From contig OZ024748.1 of assembly GCA_964016885.1 (NCBI GenBank), positions 39,742,001 to 39,806,000 of the forward strand: DNA of 64,000 nucleotides, written 5' to 3'. The notes below the pieces were generated by a model. The model was not told the DNA's origin. It worked only from the letters and a program-made list of their open reading frames with translations, and ran no database searches. Of the stretch, positions 1 through 12,943 are shown piece after piece (within the stretch, counting starts at the first letter, position 1; each line of letters opens with the position of its first letter). The position numbers and the translations under genes are program-made. Origin of the DNA: Eledone cirrhosa (lineage: Eukaryota).

Positions 1-2692
1 CCATCGTTTTCGGTCTTTTCTTCACCCAGGACTGCAGCTCCGTTAGCGAGACGAGCTGTGGGAAAGCCTGACTCACAAACGGTTCCCACACCGGTTGGGG
101 GTCGTTGAGGAATACCTGGAGATGCCGCAGCCTCAGCGCAGGTTTGCGGATCATCAGCCACGGCATTTCCAGCCCTCCGTTGGAAGGGTGCTGACAGCAG
201 ACGGATCTCCTCACCAGCGGAGCCTGCTTCTTCCACAGAAACTGGAAGAGCATGCGGTCCATCTTGGCGAGGTGTTCACGGGGACAAGGCACGACAGTCA
301 AGCGGTAGTAGATGACGGACGCTATGAAAGTGTTCGCCACCTCCGCTCGACCTTTCAAGGACAGTTTGCACTCTGCCCACTTCTGAGTGAGTGCAAACAG
401 CTTGGCCGTGACCTCGTTCCAGTTTTTCTACACCTGGAGGTCTGGACCGAACCAGACCCCGAGCAATTTCACCGGTCCGTCCAGCGTCCAACGACGCTGT
501 CGGATGTCATCGGTTTGCCTCTCCACGTACCGAGTTGCAAACCGACAGACTTGTCTGGGTTTAGTTTTGCTCCCGTCAGCGTTACGTATTCTTTCAGTAA
601 GTTGCCGATCACCCCGATTTCCGATGTGCTCGACACCATTACCGTTACGTCGTCGGCATAAGCCGACGCCGCTTTGCGCAGTCCCGGTTCTAGGGGATGC
701 CCTGCAACAGCTCCAATTTCCGCAGTAGTGGCTTTAGAGTCAATACATACAGAATGGAGGAGAGAGGGCATCCCTGTCGAATGGAACGCGTGATTGCGAA
801 CGGCTCCGATAAGTAGCCGTTCACCTTGACCCTCGAGCAGATGCTGGTGTGCATCGCCTCGATCCATCCTCTGAACACGGGACCGAAACCGGCCGCCTTG
901 AGAACCGCTGGTCGACCCTATCGAATGCCTTAGACTGATCCAAGTTGATCAGGGCCCCACCGAAGCCGGGTTTACACCCTACCCTCTCTATGATGTATCG
1001 CATGAGGTGGAGGTTGTCGTGTATGGACCTGGTCGGGATTGCGCATGTCTGCACTTCTCCCACCAGGTTCTCGACGACAAGCGCCAGCCTCTTTGCCAAC
1101 ACCTTGGCCAAAATCTGTAACTCTGTGTTTAGCAGAATTATGGGCCGGAAGTTGCCTATGTCATCCCCCTTATTCTCGTCCTTCCTGATTAGTGTGACCA
1201 CACCCCCGGTTACAGAACTGGGAAATCTCCCATTCTGTTGCCAGTTGAAGTAGACCGCTTCCAGGAGACCGGAGAATAAGTCCGGCATTGCTACGTAAAA
1301 TTCGTAGGGTAGACCGTCGAGACCTGGAGATTTGCGTTTGCTGCATTGGCTCAGCGCGTCCCCTATCTCAGCGGCTGAAATCGGCTTTTCGCAGAACTTT
1401 GCCTCGCTGTCCGAGAGTCGCGGTAGGCCGTCGAGGTATGGACCGAAATCCATAGCCCCTCCCGGCGCGCCGCCCCTCCCGAACAGTTGAGCAAAATGCC
1501 GCTGAAAGGCCGCACACATCTGCTTCGGCTCACGTATCACGCGACCCTTTTGGTCCTTCAAAGACCGAATCGTGGACTTGTTGCCACTTTTTGCCTCCGT
1601 CACTCGGGCCCAGCTAACAGCTTTGGCTCACTCATTTCCCAGAGCACGTATTTTGCTTCTGACAACGCAGCCCTCGTGCTTTGCGTCGAAGAACTGGTCC
1701 AAGGCCGTTATCGTTGCTAGCACGCTGGCTACGTTGCCACTTCTAATTGCCTCTCTACTTTATCTACCAGTTCCTTCTCGGTTCTATTTCTATCTAACGC
1801 TAATTCTTTACTAAAAATTAACGAGTCTAATCTAACTGCCCTCTTGAGAGAGTACCACCATCTGTTGTTGACAATGGCCCCTGTCAAGTGCTGTTTAACT
1901 AAAGTGCTAATCCGCCTACTGTAAGTGTAAGTGTAAATTTCTTGTGTTGTGTTTGTTTTTGTCTGTAGTTCTTGTGTGTGCTTTCGTTTTGTTGTAGGTA
2001 TTTTGTTTTCAGGAGGTGGGGGTTTTGTTTGTGATGTTTTTTGTTGTTTGTGTTGGTGGTTGTATGTTTGTGGTAGTGTTTGCTGGTTTTTTGCTTTTGT
2101 GATGTCTTTTCTTTCTTTTCGAGCGATGGGGTTCTCCCTCGTCTTCACTGGGTGATGGCGAGATAGCCTCATCTGTTGTATCGTCTGTGTGATTGGAGAG
2201 GGGTATGTCTTGGGGAGCTGTTGTGTCTGTATGTGATTTTGCAGTGGTTTTAGGTGGAGTGGGGTTGGGTGGGACTGTGTTTGTTGTGGTTATTTTTGTG
2301 TGTTGGCGTTGTTGTTGTTGTGGTGGTGTTGGTGGTTGTGTTGTTTTGATGGGTGTCGGCAGAAGAGCCTTTTTTTTATTCATTAATTTAGGACAGGAAG
2401 CCCTCAGGTGACCCCTGCTAAAGCAATGGTAACATGAAGGCCACCTACCCTCAACCGAAAAGTTTATGTAAGTGAGTCCGTCCAGGAGTACACGCTGTGG
2501 GATCATAGCTATTCGCTCTGGGCTCATTTGCACCAGAACTTCAATGCTAGTCCCATTGAATACATCTCTGGGGGACTTGCCTACTGACAGTATTCTGTCT
2601 TCATCAAAATTGATGAAGCCGCACAGTATCCACCATATGTTCACCTTTGGTGTGACACTCGTGATTTTGATCTTTTGTGTTATTTTTCCCAG
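1..2692 (-). mobile_element. Degenerate Tx1/L1-like non-LTR retrotransposon, copy 1 (runs off the window start)
   Basis: RT motifs in broken frames (KSPGLDG, NFRPIILLN, DQSKAFDRV, RQGCPLS, AYADD). ORF1 zinc knuckle CYHCFSRGHLRASC in ORF 2009-2716. No recognisable endonuclease domain. Confidence 0.85.
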
Positions 2693-2694
2693 CC

Positions 2695-2724
2695 ATGTAC
2701 TTATACCTATATACATACATATAT

Positions 2725-2761
<37 letters not shown>

Positions 2762-2851
2762 AAAAATGGAGTGGTTCGTTGTGGCACATGAGTTACATAT
2801 GAATAAAATTAGTCCTTCATCAATGATCTTCCATTCATTGGTATTTCAGCG

Positions 2852-2922
<71 letters not shown>

Positions 2923-3366
2923 GACGTAAAATAAGAAAATTTTAAAAATAAAAAATTAACTTACTTACTAAAATTTTCACACACAAATCTTAGTAAGTAA
3001 GTTAATTTTTAATTTTTAAAATTTTCTTGTTTTACGTCTTTCATATAATTGTTCTGTTCTGCATTCACCTGCATAGAGCCACATAGGTACTAAGACATAA
3101 CTTATATATTTGCGAGCATGAGTGTACATCTGTACACATATGTTGGTAGATGTACTAATTCTCTCTCTCTATATATATATATAGGAACAAGTAAGACCCC
3201 GACGGCTGAGCTCAAGCCGTTTCGACGGCTAATTAGCCGTCGAAACGGCTTGAGCTCAGCCGTCGGGGTCTTACTTGTTCCTATTACCCACTCTACTACC
3301 CTAAGTATTGAGTACTTTGGTGCGTTATGGTCCACCTGGTTCCTTACCACATTTCCTTCGTTGTAT

Positions 3367-3460
<94 letters not shown>

Positions 3461-3550
3461 CGCTGAAATACCAATGAATGGAAGATCATTGATGAAGGAC
3501 TAATTTTATTCATATGTAACTAATGTGCGACCACGAATCACTCCATTTTT

Positions 3551-3639
<89 letters not shown>

Positions 3640-3670
3640 ATATATGTATGTATATAGGTATAAGTACATA
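2695..3670. repeat. Nested foldback (inverted-repeat) structure embedded in (TA)n tracts
   Basis: ~2695-2855 is the reverse complement of ~3457-3670. Internal hairpin at ~2915-3046 and perfect palindrome at 3181-3284. Confidence 0.8.
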
Positions 3671-3925
3671 GGTTGGTGGTGGTGTTGTAAAGTGTGAAAT
3701 CCCACAAAGGTGTCAAATCAAATAATACAGACAGTTACATAAATGTAAACGAATAATACATATATATGTGTGTGTGTGTATATGTATATGTATATATTAT
3801 ATTATACGTATTCATTACGCACACTAATATATAGGTGTCTGTGTAGGGTATATAAAAACAGGGATAGGTGTGGAACACATTTATTAATACGTTGTAAAAA
3901 AGAATCTCTGTAATTATGTAATTAT

Positions 3926-6385
3926 TTAGATAGGGTTAGGGTTAGGGTTAGGGTTAGGGTTAGGGTTAGGGTTACAGTTAGGGTTAGAGTTAGAGTTAGG
4001 GTTATAGTTATGTTTAGAGTTAGGGTTAGAGTTAGGGTTACAGTTAGGGTTAGAGTTAGAGTTAGGGTTATAGTTATGTTTAGAGTTAGGGTTAGAGTTA
4101 GGGTTTGAGTTAGGGTTAGAGTTAGATTTAGAGTTAGGTTTAGAGTTAGGTTTAGAGTTAGGCTTAGAGTTAGGGTTAGAGTTAGGGTTAGAGTTAGATT
4201 TAGAGTTAGGTTTAGAGTTAGGGTTTGAGTTAGGGTTAGAGTTAGATTTAAAGTTAGGTTTAGAGTTAGGGTTAGAGTTAGTGTTAGAGTTCGGGTTTGA
4301 GTTAGGGTTAGAGTTAGGTTTAGAATTAGGCTTAGAGTTCGGGTTTGAGTTAGGGTTAGAGTTAGGTTTGGAATTAAGCTTAGAATTAGAGGTGGGGTGA
4401 GAGTTAGAGGTAGGGTTAGAGTTGGGTTTAGAGTTAGGGCTGGGGTTGTAGTTATGGTTAGATTTAGGGATAGAGTTAAGCTTAGATTTAGCCTTAGAGT
4501 TAGAGGTAGGGTTAGAGTTATGTTTAGTGTTAGGGTTAAGGTTAGGGTTAAGGTTAGGGTTAGAGTTAGCGTTAGGGTTAGAGTTACGGTTAGAGTAAGG
4601 GTTAGGGTTAGGGTTAGGGTTAGGGTTAGGGTTACGGTTAGAGTTAGGGTTAGAGTTAGCTTTAGAGTTAGGGCTAGGGTTAGTGTTAGGGTTACAGTTA
4701 CGGTTATAGTTAGGTTTAGAGTTAGAGGTAGGGTTAGTGTAAGACCAGTTCATAGGTAAGGTTACGTTTAGTATCAGATGGCGTTGATTAGTTAGAAATA
4801 GGGTGAGGGTTCATTAGAGTTAGGGGTTTCATTAGGGTTAGGGTTAGAGTTGGGGTTATAGTCAGAGTTAAGGGTACAGTTTGACGTAGGGTTAGAGTTA
4901 GGGTTAGTGTTAGGTATAGAGTTAGCGATAGAGTTAGGGTTAGAGTTAGGGTTAGAGTTTGGGTTAGAGTTAGGGATAGAGTTAGGGTTAGAGGTACGGT
5001 TAGAGTTAGGGTTAGAGTTAGGGTTAGAATTAGGGTTAGAGTTAGGGTTAGAGCTAGGGCTAGAGTTGGGCTTAGGGTTAGAGGTAGGGTTAGAGTTGGG
5101 TTTAGAGATAGGGCTGGGGTTAGAGTTAGGTTTAGACTTAGAGGTAGGGTTAGAGTTATGGTTAGAGTTAGGATTAGAGTTAGGGTTAGAGTTATGTTTA
5201 GAGTTTGGGTTAGGGTTAGGGTTAGGGTTAGGGTTAGAATTAAACTTAAATTTAGAGGTAGGGTTAGAGTTATGGTTAGGGTTATATTCAGAGTTAAGGG
5301 TAGAGTTACAGGTAGGGATAGAGTTTGGGTTAGAGTTAGGGTTAGAGTTAGGGTTAGGGTTAGGGTTACAGTTAGGGTTAGAATTAGGGTTAGAGTTAGG
5401 GTTAGGGTTAGAGTTATGGTTAGAATTAGGCTTTGAGTTAGAGGTAGGGTTAGAATTCGGGTTAGAGTTAGGGTTAGGGTTAGAGTTCGGGTTAGAGTTA
5501 TGTTTAGAGTTAGAAGTAGTGTTAGGGTTAGGTTTAGAATTAGGGTTAGATTTAGGGTTAGTTTTAGGGTTAGAGTTAGGGTTAGAGTTAGGGTTACAGT
5601 TAGGGTTAGAATTAGGTTTAGAATTATACTTAGAGTTAGAGGTAGGGTTTGAGTTAGGTTTAGAGTTATGGTTAGGGTTAGAGTTAGGGTTAGAGTTATG
5701 TTTAGAGTTAGGGTTAGAGTTAGTGTTAGGGTTAGGGTTAGGGTTAGAATTATGGTTAGAGTTAGGTTTAGAATTATTGTTAGGGTTAGAGTTAAGGTTA
5801 GAGTTAGAGGTAGAGTTAGATTTAAGGTTAGAGTTATGTTTAGAATTAGGCTTTGAGTTAGAGGTAGGGTTAGAGTTAAAGTTAGAGTTAGGGTTAGGGT
5901 TAGAGTTAGGGTTAGAGTTAGGTTTAGTGTTAGGGTTAGAGTTAGGGCTAGAGTTAGAGGTAGGGTTAGATTTAAGGTTAGAGTTATGTTTAGAATTAGG
6001 CTTAGAGTTAGAGGTAGGGTTAGAGTTAGGGTTAGAGTTAGGGTTAGGGTTAGTGTTGGGGTTAGAGTTAGGGTTAGAGTTAGGTTTAGAGTTAGGGTTA
6101 GAGTTAGGGCTAGAGTTAGAGTTAGAGTAAGGTTTAGAATTAGGCTTAGAGTTAGAGGTAGGTTTAGAGTTAGAGGTAGGTTTAGAGTTAGAGGTAGGTT
6201 TAGAGTTAGATTTAGAGTTAGGGTTAGACGTAGGGTTAGAGTTAGGTTTAGAGTTAGAGTTAGGGTTAGGGTTAGAGTTAGGGTTAGGGTTACAGTTAGG
6301 GTTAGAGTTAGGGTTAAAGTTAGGTTTAGAATTAAACTTAAATTTAGAGGTAGGGTTAGAGTTAGGTTTAGAGTTAGCGTTAGAG
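3926..6385 (+). repeat. Interstitial degenerate telomere-like array (TTAGGG/TTAGAG)
   Basis: Hexamer array of TTAGGG, TTAGAG, TTAGGT and variants. Confidence 0.9.
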
Positions 6386-6534
6386 TATACTTATATATAC
6401 ATATATATATACACATATATATACATATACACACACATATATACACATATACATATACATATATCTATATGTATCTCTCTCTCTATATATATATATACAA
6501 AAGTTTAAGCAAAGAATCGCTGCTTATTACTATA

Positions 6535-6797
<263 letters not shown>

Positions 6798-7324
6798 TTA
6801 TTAAAATAACAGATTAAAGTTTAAGCAAAGAATCGCTGCTTTCACCTTTAACGGGATCTTCTAAAACTAACAAGGTCAATCTGTAAACGCAGAAGTGGAT
6901 ATTTCAAATTTATTTTAATAAATATTTGCTCTAGTCTTATATATTTGATATATACTTATCCTTATCGAGCCCTCTTTGGATTTTAGTCTTCAAATTTATT
7001 ATTATTACTATATATATATATATATATAGCCTGTTGACCTAAGTGGCAACGGGAATATTTCAACTTTGAAAAGAAGAATAAAGCTTCGAGGTGTTTTGAC
7101 TAGTTTAAGTAAACAGGTGAGACATATATGTCAACGAATCGCTATTATATAAGGTAAGGTGTGAAGTTAACTAACTATTATTAACAATGTAAAAGCAAAC
7201 GTATCCTGTTCGGTTTGTATCGGCAATAATAATAACTTCTGATTTAGGTACAAAATAATGATAGAAATAACAATAAGTTTTACTATAGGCACAAGACCAA
7301 CAGTATAAGAGGGGGGAGAGGCAA

Positions 7325-7630
7325 TTAAATCGACCCCAGTGTATTACTGGTACTTTATTTTATCTACCCTGTAAGGATGAAAGGTTAAGTTAACCTCGGC
7401 AGGATTTGAACTCAGGATGTAAAGGGCCGTAACTCTATGTTGATGAGCTTTCCGACGCTGTACCAATTCTGTCAGCACAATTGTAGGCACAATGTCAGTA
7501 ATTTGGTGGAAGGGAAAGTCGATGATTAAATCGACCCAGTGCATGACTGGTACTTTATTTTATCGGCCCTGTAAGGATGAAAGGCAAAGTTAACCTTGGC
7601 GGGATTTGAACTCAGTTTGTAAAGGACCGT
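7325..7630 (-). mobile_element. Two tandem SINE fragments (tRNA-derived family)
   Basis: Motif tggtactttattttatc..aaggatgaaaggcaaagttaacctcggc.ggatttgaactcag occurs twice; B-box-like gagttcaaatcc on the minus strand. Same family at 22890, 27470, 31960 and 61790. Confidence 0.75.
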
Positions 7631-8144
7631 AAAAAATAAGGATTTCTTTATTACATTCATTTATTTCGTGGATCGTGGGTTGTCTCCCCTTCCCGCTTCG
7701 AGGCGCTATGATACTTCCTCAGCCAAAAACTGCTGGAATTTCAAATTTGGCAGTCATTCGAGGCGAGAGAGAGTAACTTTACGGACACGATTTTTGACTG
7801 CGGTAAGAAATTATTTTCTTATATCAAAGTTTAACGGGCTTCCACTGATGATTTATAAGTGCCACCTAAATATATTCGTACATGAATATATATTAGGCTT
7901 CTACATAAACTGGAAACATTCTCCCAACTTGTAGAAAACTTATAATGAAACAATTGTTTGGAAAGAGATATACTTTAACTTTAATTATATCTCATAAAAT
8001 AATACAACTGGTTTTTCCACATTATACATATTGTTAGCACCCCAAACACTTAAATTGGGTTTATATTTAAATATAACCTACTGTTTGTTGAGTGAGATGG
8101 TTACCAGTCAGAGTTTAGCTTTAAACTATCTCTGTTATTGTATT

Positions 8145-8229
<85 letters not shown>

Positions 8230-8440
8230 ATATTTGGGGAGGGTCATATTTGCGTAATATTGCCAGAATTAATAACAGAACACACTCACTGTTTGGTTGG
8301 TTTTCGCTTCTCGCTGTCTTTTATATATATATATCTGCGATCTAACTTACTCGGTCCTCAATGTTGCCAGTGACTGACCGGCGGTCAAAAATAATACAGA
8401 TACAATATAGACACAAACACATATATATAGTTTACATAAT

Positions 8441-8484
8441 TTACATAAATCTTTCGTTGCACATCTGCAACATCGTCAGTGGTG
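8441..8484 (-). ncRNA. Minimal hammerhead-ribozyme-like motif in the Penelope 3' region
   Basis: Minus strand reads cca-CUGACGA-u-guugca-gaug-ugcaac-GAAA-gauuua-ug. Stem II is perfect; stems I and III are weak. Confidence 0.5.
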
Positions 8485-8747
8485 TTATATTCATTGTTCC
8501 TCCTGTTGTGTTGTATGTCTACGCCATTTTTTTTGTTCAGTCTGTCTATATATTTATTTATTTATTTGCTTGTTTGTTTATCTTATTTTATTTTGTCTTC
8601 TTTGCGCATGCGTTTGCGTATGTGTATAGTGTTATGTGTGATGTGTGACTAGTGTGTATAGTGTTGTGTCTGCTGGGTGACTAGTGTGTGTTTATGTGCT
8701 TGTGTATGTATTTGTTTATCTTATTTTATTTTATTTTATTTACTTAT

Positions 8748-11700
8748 TTATACTTCTCTTAGGTCAGTGTTGTTTGTTTGGGTGTTGTTGTTGTTGCACT
8801 CATTCTTTCTGTTTAGCTTTGGTCTTCTAATTTCTATTTCACTGGCCTCTCTGATTTGCCTATCTGCTGGGTCATTCCTATGTTTAGATATTATTCTAAT
8901 TTCTATGTTGTCTATGTTACCGTCATGTTGTTGTCTAGCATGTTCGTATAGTACTGACCCGTTTTTTCGTCCTTTTAGTTCCCCCCAGTGTTGGTCTATC
9001 CTTTCACCTATGCTACGAGCTGTCTCACCTATGTATGTTGTTGTCATGTTTCTGCAAGTACCCTCTGTACATCTTATGCTATAGACTACGTTTCTAGTAT
9101 TACAGTTTATCCGGGGGTTCACCTTACATATGATACATTTCCTATTGGTACAGTGGGTTTTCTTAAAAGGGTAGGTTTTGCTGATCAGGGATTTTATGGT
9201 GGTTCCTGGCTTTTCTACCACCTTTATTTTTAAGTGGGTCTTTCTCAGGGCCTTTCTACACTGGTTAGCTAATTTCCCTCCAGGGGTGGCGTCCACAAAT
9301 ATGACACTCTGATATCTCTGGTTGTCGTACCATGATGTGGCCTTCCCTATCTTATGTCTAGCCCTATCTAAGCTATTCCATGATTTGCTCCTGTATAGTG
9401 GGCAAATTCCTTTCATGTCCAGTTCTATGAGGGTCTTATACTTTTCCATGGCTCCTTCGTATACTCTGACTCTGTCTCTTTGGTTGTAGCCAGAGAACTG
9501 CATGCGGTTGATGAAGTGTTGGATGTGTCCTTCCATTTCTGTTGGGTCGCACATTCTGGACACATTCTTCATCACTCGTACCAAATCTGCGATCAGAATA
9601 TTAAACTTAGCACTACTGGACATCGCTGAGTTTTTGAGTATTAGGTATTTGGAGGCCATGGGTTTAGCATAGTGTGAGTGGAGAATTTGGGCTCTCTCGT
9701 CTATAGTGTTAATCCAGAGTTCTGTGTCTAATACAGGTAGTCTATTGTTAGGGTGTTTGGGAGGGAAGTCTATAGTTACAGTTATACTCTGGTGTATGGA
9801 ATTAGCTATCTGCTGGATGCTTTCCATCGTGCTACGTTCTAAATCAAACTTGTTAGTGCTCTCTAGTGGGGGTGTTCTTATAACTATATTGATATCGTCT
9901 ACATAACGAGAGTACATGATGAGGTCTATGGAGCTTTCATTAAGGAGATCTTTAAGTCTCCTTTCCCACCATACCATGAAAAGGTTGGCAACATCACCAG
10001 CTATGCTGACGCCGATGGCTGCTCCCTCATTTTGGGTGTAGATTTTCTCATTGAACTTAAATATGTGGCCCTTTAGGGTAGTTTTGATACTAGCCCCTAT
10101 TGCATGTGCGACCATTTTTCTTACCTGATCAGTGTTTTGGGGGGTCCGTATAGCTTTGGTCCACCCAATCCACCTTCCTATGGGAGTCTTTTTAGCCATT
10201 GAGGTTATGGTGGGGGGTCTACCTCTTATAGGTCTACTAGGGCAGAAACATCTAAGGTCATGGCTGTCTAGGTAGTCAGTGTCGTAGGTAAGTCTAAGTA
10301 GGAGGCCCAGTTCGTCTGTGTCGACGTCGCAGAACTTCACCCCACTCTCAATGATCATCTCCACACATCTTTTCACAGCAAAATCAATGTTAATGGATGG
10401 GTACAGTGACACCACATCCATGCTGCCTATTATGCAGTTGGATAGGCTCCTGTTTTTGTTGCACTCACTGATTCTGCTGAGGAGGTCCTCTGTACTTTCA
10501 CATACATCTGGGGACATCTTGATTATGGGGCGTATAACCATTGAGAGGAAGTAGGAGATCCTGTAGTTGCTAGCTATATTAGCTCCGCATACGGGTCTTG
10601 TTGGTGGTCCTGTTGTCGGGTCGTCGACTGTCTTGTGGTCTTTGCGGAGCCCATACAAGGGTGGTATGCCATTGTTAGACGCCTGGAAGTTGTTGGCAGT
10701 GTGTCTGCCTGGCTTTCGGATGTCAGTCCACATCATCATGTGAGCGTTGAGGATTTTTTCTCTCCCATCGTGTGTTAGTTGTGCAACTTCGCTCGTGTTG
10801 GTGATGTGGGGTTGCATTGCCTCGATGTAGTTCGGCATGCTATCTATTGACATCCTACCAGACTTATCTGTGGGTAGACACACTACCTCACCATCCCTTG
10901 TGCGCTGCTTGAGGCTAACCAAGCCTTCTACAGGTTTTATCCCAAGTTGTTGGGCCTCTGGTCTGCTCTGTCTCATAGTGTACCTGTCTACTACTTGTCT
11001 AATCTTATTTCTAGCTATGGTGAACTGTGCCTCCGTCTCGTCATCTATTTGCTGTGGTATGCAAACTCTTTTATTAAAGGGTAACCTCGTAGGATAGATA
11101 TTACCCATCTTATATGTTTTGTCAGCTGGGTTGAAAAATAGTTTCTCTAAGGGGTTGTCGTTATTTCTATCGTCATAGTTGTGTGTGTTGCTATTATTGT
11201 TATCATGGTGGTTGTTGTTGTTTCTATCATTAGCATTAATATTATTATTGTTATGATTGCTAGATGTATTGTTGTTTACTTCACCGTTATTGTTGTTGTT
11301 GTTACTGCTATTTCTACCATTGTGGTTGTTACTATTATTATGTTTCTTGTTTTTGTTGATGTTGCTACATGTACTATTTCCATTATTACCACTGTGGTTA
11401 TTGTTGTTGTTGTTGTTCGTATTGTTACCGTTATTACTACTGTGGTCACTGTTGCTGTGTCTGTGGTTAACGTTTCTATTATTATTATTATTGTGGTTGT
11501 TGTTGTTCTGTCTATCGCTAGTATTATTGCCATTATCACTATTTCTCACTTTCCTGCCATTGTTATGGCTGTTATTTCTATACCCAGAGTTATTGTTTAT
11601 ATTACTACTACCGTTATTATTGTTGTTGTTGTTTACCTTTGCATTCCAACGTATTTTTGTGAAACACTTTTCCAGCTCCGTTTTGCATTCCATAGGGTTA

Positions 11701-12290
11701 ATCTTTTTGTAGATGGCAAATTTTGGTGGTAACTTTAGGATTTGTTGTTCTTGTTCACTGATTAAAGTGTTCCCATAGATATTTACTGTGTGGTCATTGG
11801 TAAATTCTTCCGGTAGTTTTACATCACTCATACGGATGTTGTCGATGTTATCTGGGTATTTTTGAGAATATTCGATTTTCCTTTCTTGTAGTTTTTTCTT
11901 ATTCATCCATTCTAATTTCTTCTTGAAATGCCTACAGCATTCGTTTTGAGCATATTTCGTTTCGCGTCGGATGACGCTCATGAAGTCATCTCTCTCGTTT
12001 GCTGTGATGAGATTTCGGATTTCCTTACCGTTGATGCGTTTTTGTCTGTAGAGTGCGTTGACTTTTGTGTATGTTGTTCTTTTCATATTAACTGTTATTG
12101 TGTGTTTTAGCCGTTCAGCTTGTGTTTTGTTCAATAATAAATTATTTACTTGTTTTGATATGTTTGTTGTGTATGTTTTGGAGGAAACACAGTGTTTTAA
12201 GAAGCGGATTTGTTCTGTTGTTATTGTAGTTTTTATATAACAGAAAACAGTGTCTTTCAATAACCTTTCAGCTATTCTGTATGTAAACAC
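8748..12290 (-). CDS. Penelope-like retroelement ORF: reverse transcriptase plus GIY-YIG endonuclease, with a long Asn-rich insert
   Basis: 1180-aa uninterrupted ORF with TDKSG, LYGLRKDHK, RPVC, SMDVVSLYPSI, GAAIG, YSRYVDD, a Cys cluster CTNRKCIIC..NC, and NVVYSIRC..YIGET..R...H. Confidence 0.92.
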   Translation of the reverse strand: MFTYRIAERLLKDTVFCYIKTTITTEQIRFLKHCVSSKTYTTNISKQVNNLLLNKTQAERLKHTITVNMKRTTYTKVNALYRQKRINGKEIRNLITANERDDFMSVIRRETKYAQNECCRHFKKKLEWMNKKKLQERKIEYSQKYPDNIDNIRMSDVKLPEEFTNDHTVNIYGNTLISEQEQQILKLPPKFAIYKKINPMECKTELEKCFTKIRWNAKVNNNNNNNGSSNINNNSGYRNNSHNNGRKVRNSDNGNNTSDRQNNNNHNNNNNRNVNHRHSNSDHSSNNGNNTNNNNNNNHSGNNGNSTCSNINKNKKHNNSNNHNGRNSSNNNNNNGEVNNNTSSNHNNNNINANDRNNNNHHDNNNSNTHNYDDRNNDNPLEKLFFNPADKTYKMGNIYPTRLPFNKRVCIPQQIDDETEAQFTIARNKIRQVVDRYTMRQSRPEAQQLGIKPVEGLVSLKQRTRDGEVVCLPTDKSGRMSIDSMPNYIEAMQPHITNTSEVAQLTHDGREKILNAHMMMWTDIRKPGRHTANNFQASNNGIPPLYGLRKDHKTVDDPTTGPPTRPVCGANIASNYRISYFLSMVIRPIIKMSPDVCESTEDLLSRISECNKNRSLSNCIIGSMDVVSLYPSINIDFAVKRCVEMIIESGVKFCDVDTDELGLLLRLTYDTDYLDSHDLRCFCPSRPIRGRPPTITSMAKKTPIGRWIGWTKAIRTPQNTDQVRKMVAHAIGASIKTTLKGHIFKFNEKIYTQNEGAAIGVSIAGDVANLFMVWWERRLKDLLNESSIDLIMYSRYVDDINIVIRTPPLESTNKFDLERSTMESIQQIANSIHQSITVTIDFPPKHPNNRLPVLDTELWINTIDERAQILHSHYAKPMASKYLILKNSAMSSSAKFNILIADLVRVMKNVSRMCDPTEMEGHIQHFINRMQFSGYNQRDRVRVYEGAMEKYKTLIELDMKGICPLYRSKSWNSLDRARHKIGKATSWYDNQRYQSVIFVDATPGGKLANQCRKALRKTHLKIKVVEKPGTTIKSLISKTYPFKKTHCTNRKCIICKVNPRINCNTRNVVYSIRCTEGTCRNMTTTYIGETARSIGERIDQHWGELKGRKNGSVLYEHARQQHDGNIDNIEIRIISKHRNDPADRQIREASEIEIRRPKLNRKNECNNNNTQTNNTDLREV

Positions 12291-12293
12291 ACA

Positions 12294-12912
12294 GTTTGTC
12301 TGTGTGTTTACATACAGAATAGCTGGCCACTCACAGTAAAGTGATCAGTGAAAAAAAACTTGGTACATCTACATATGTATACGTGTGTGTATTCATATAC
12401 ATACTAGTATTTCAGTATACATATATGGATGTACATCTTTGACTTAATTGTTTGAGCGTCAGTCATACAAAAGTGAGTTACAAACGAAACGAAATTTAAT
12501 TTCGTTTCGTTATTTGTTTTTATCGTCTCCGTTGAACCGGTACTTACTCACACTCTATGCAAGTTGGTCTGCCCACTACTAATTTTCATAGAAAAAGCAT
12601 ATAGCGATATGTGCTTTTACGATTCTCTAGAGAGGCCGGAAGATAGGTAAATATTGCTGATGAGTTGTAACAACAACGAAACTAGTTCAATATTCCTTGT
12701 CTGGCTTTCTGGAGAATAGAGGAAAGGTGTTTCCTCAAAAACCAGTATGACTCTAAAAACCGGTTTGTCTGTGTGTTTACATACAGAATAGCTGGCCACT
12801 CACAGTAAAGTGATCAGTGAAAAAACACTTGGTACATCTACATATGTATACGTGTGTGTATTCATATACATACTAGTATTTCAGTATACATATATGGATG
12901 TACATCTTTGAC

Positions 12913-12918
<6 letters not shown>
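12294..12918. repeat. ~155-bp direct repeat pair (12294-12449 and 12762-12918); a hairpin (12269-12325) joins it to the Penelope 5' end
   Basis: gtttgtctgtgtgtttacatacagaatagctggcc...ctttgacttaatt occurs twice. 26-bp perfect inverted arms at 12269-12294 and 12300-12325. Confidence 0.8.
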
Positions 12919-12939
<21 letters not shown>

Positions 12940-12943
<4 letters not shown>

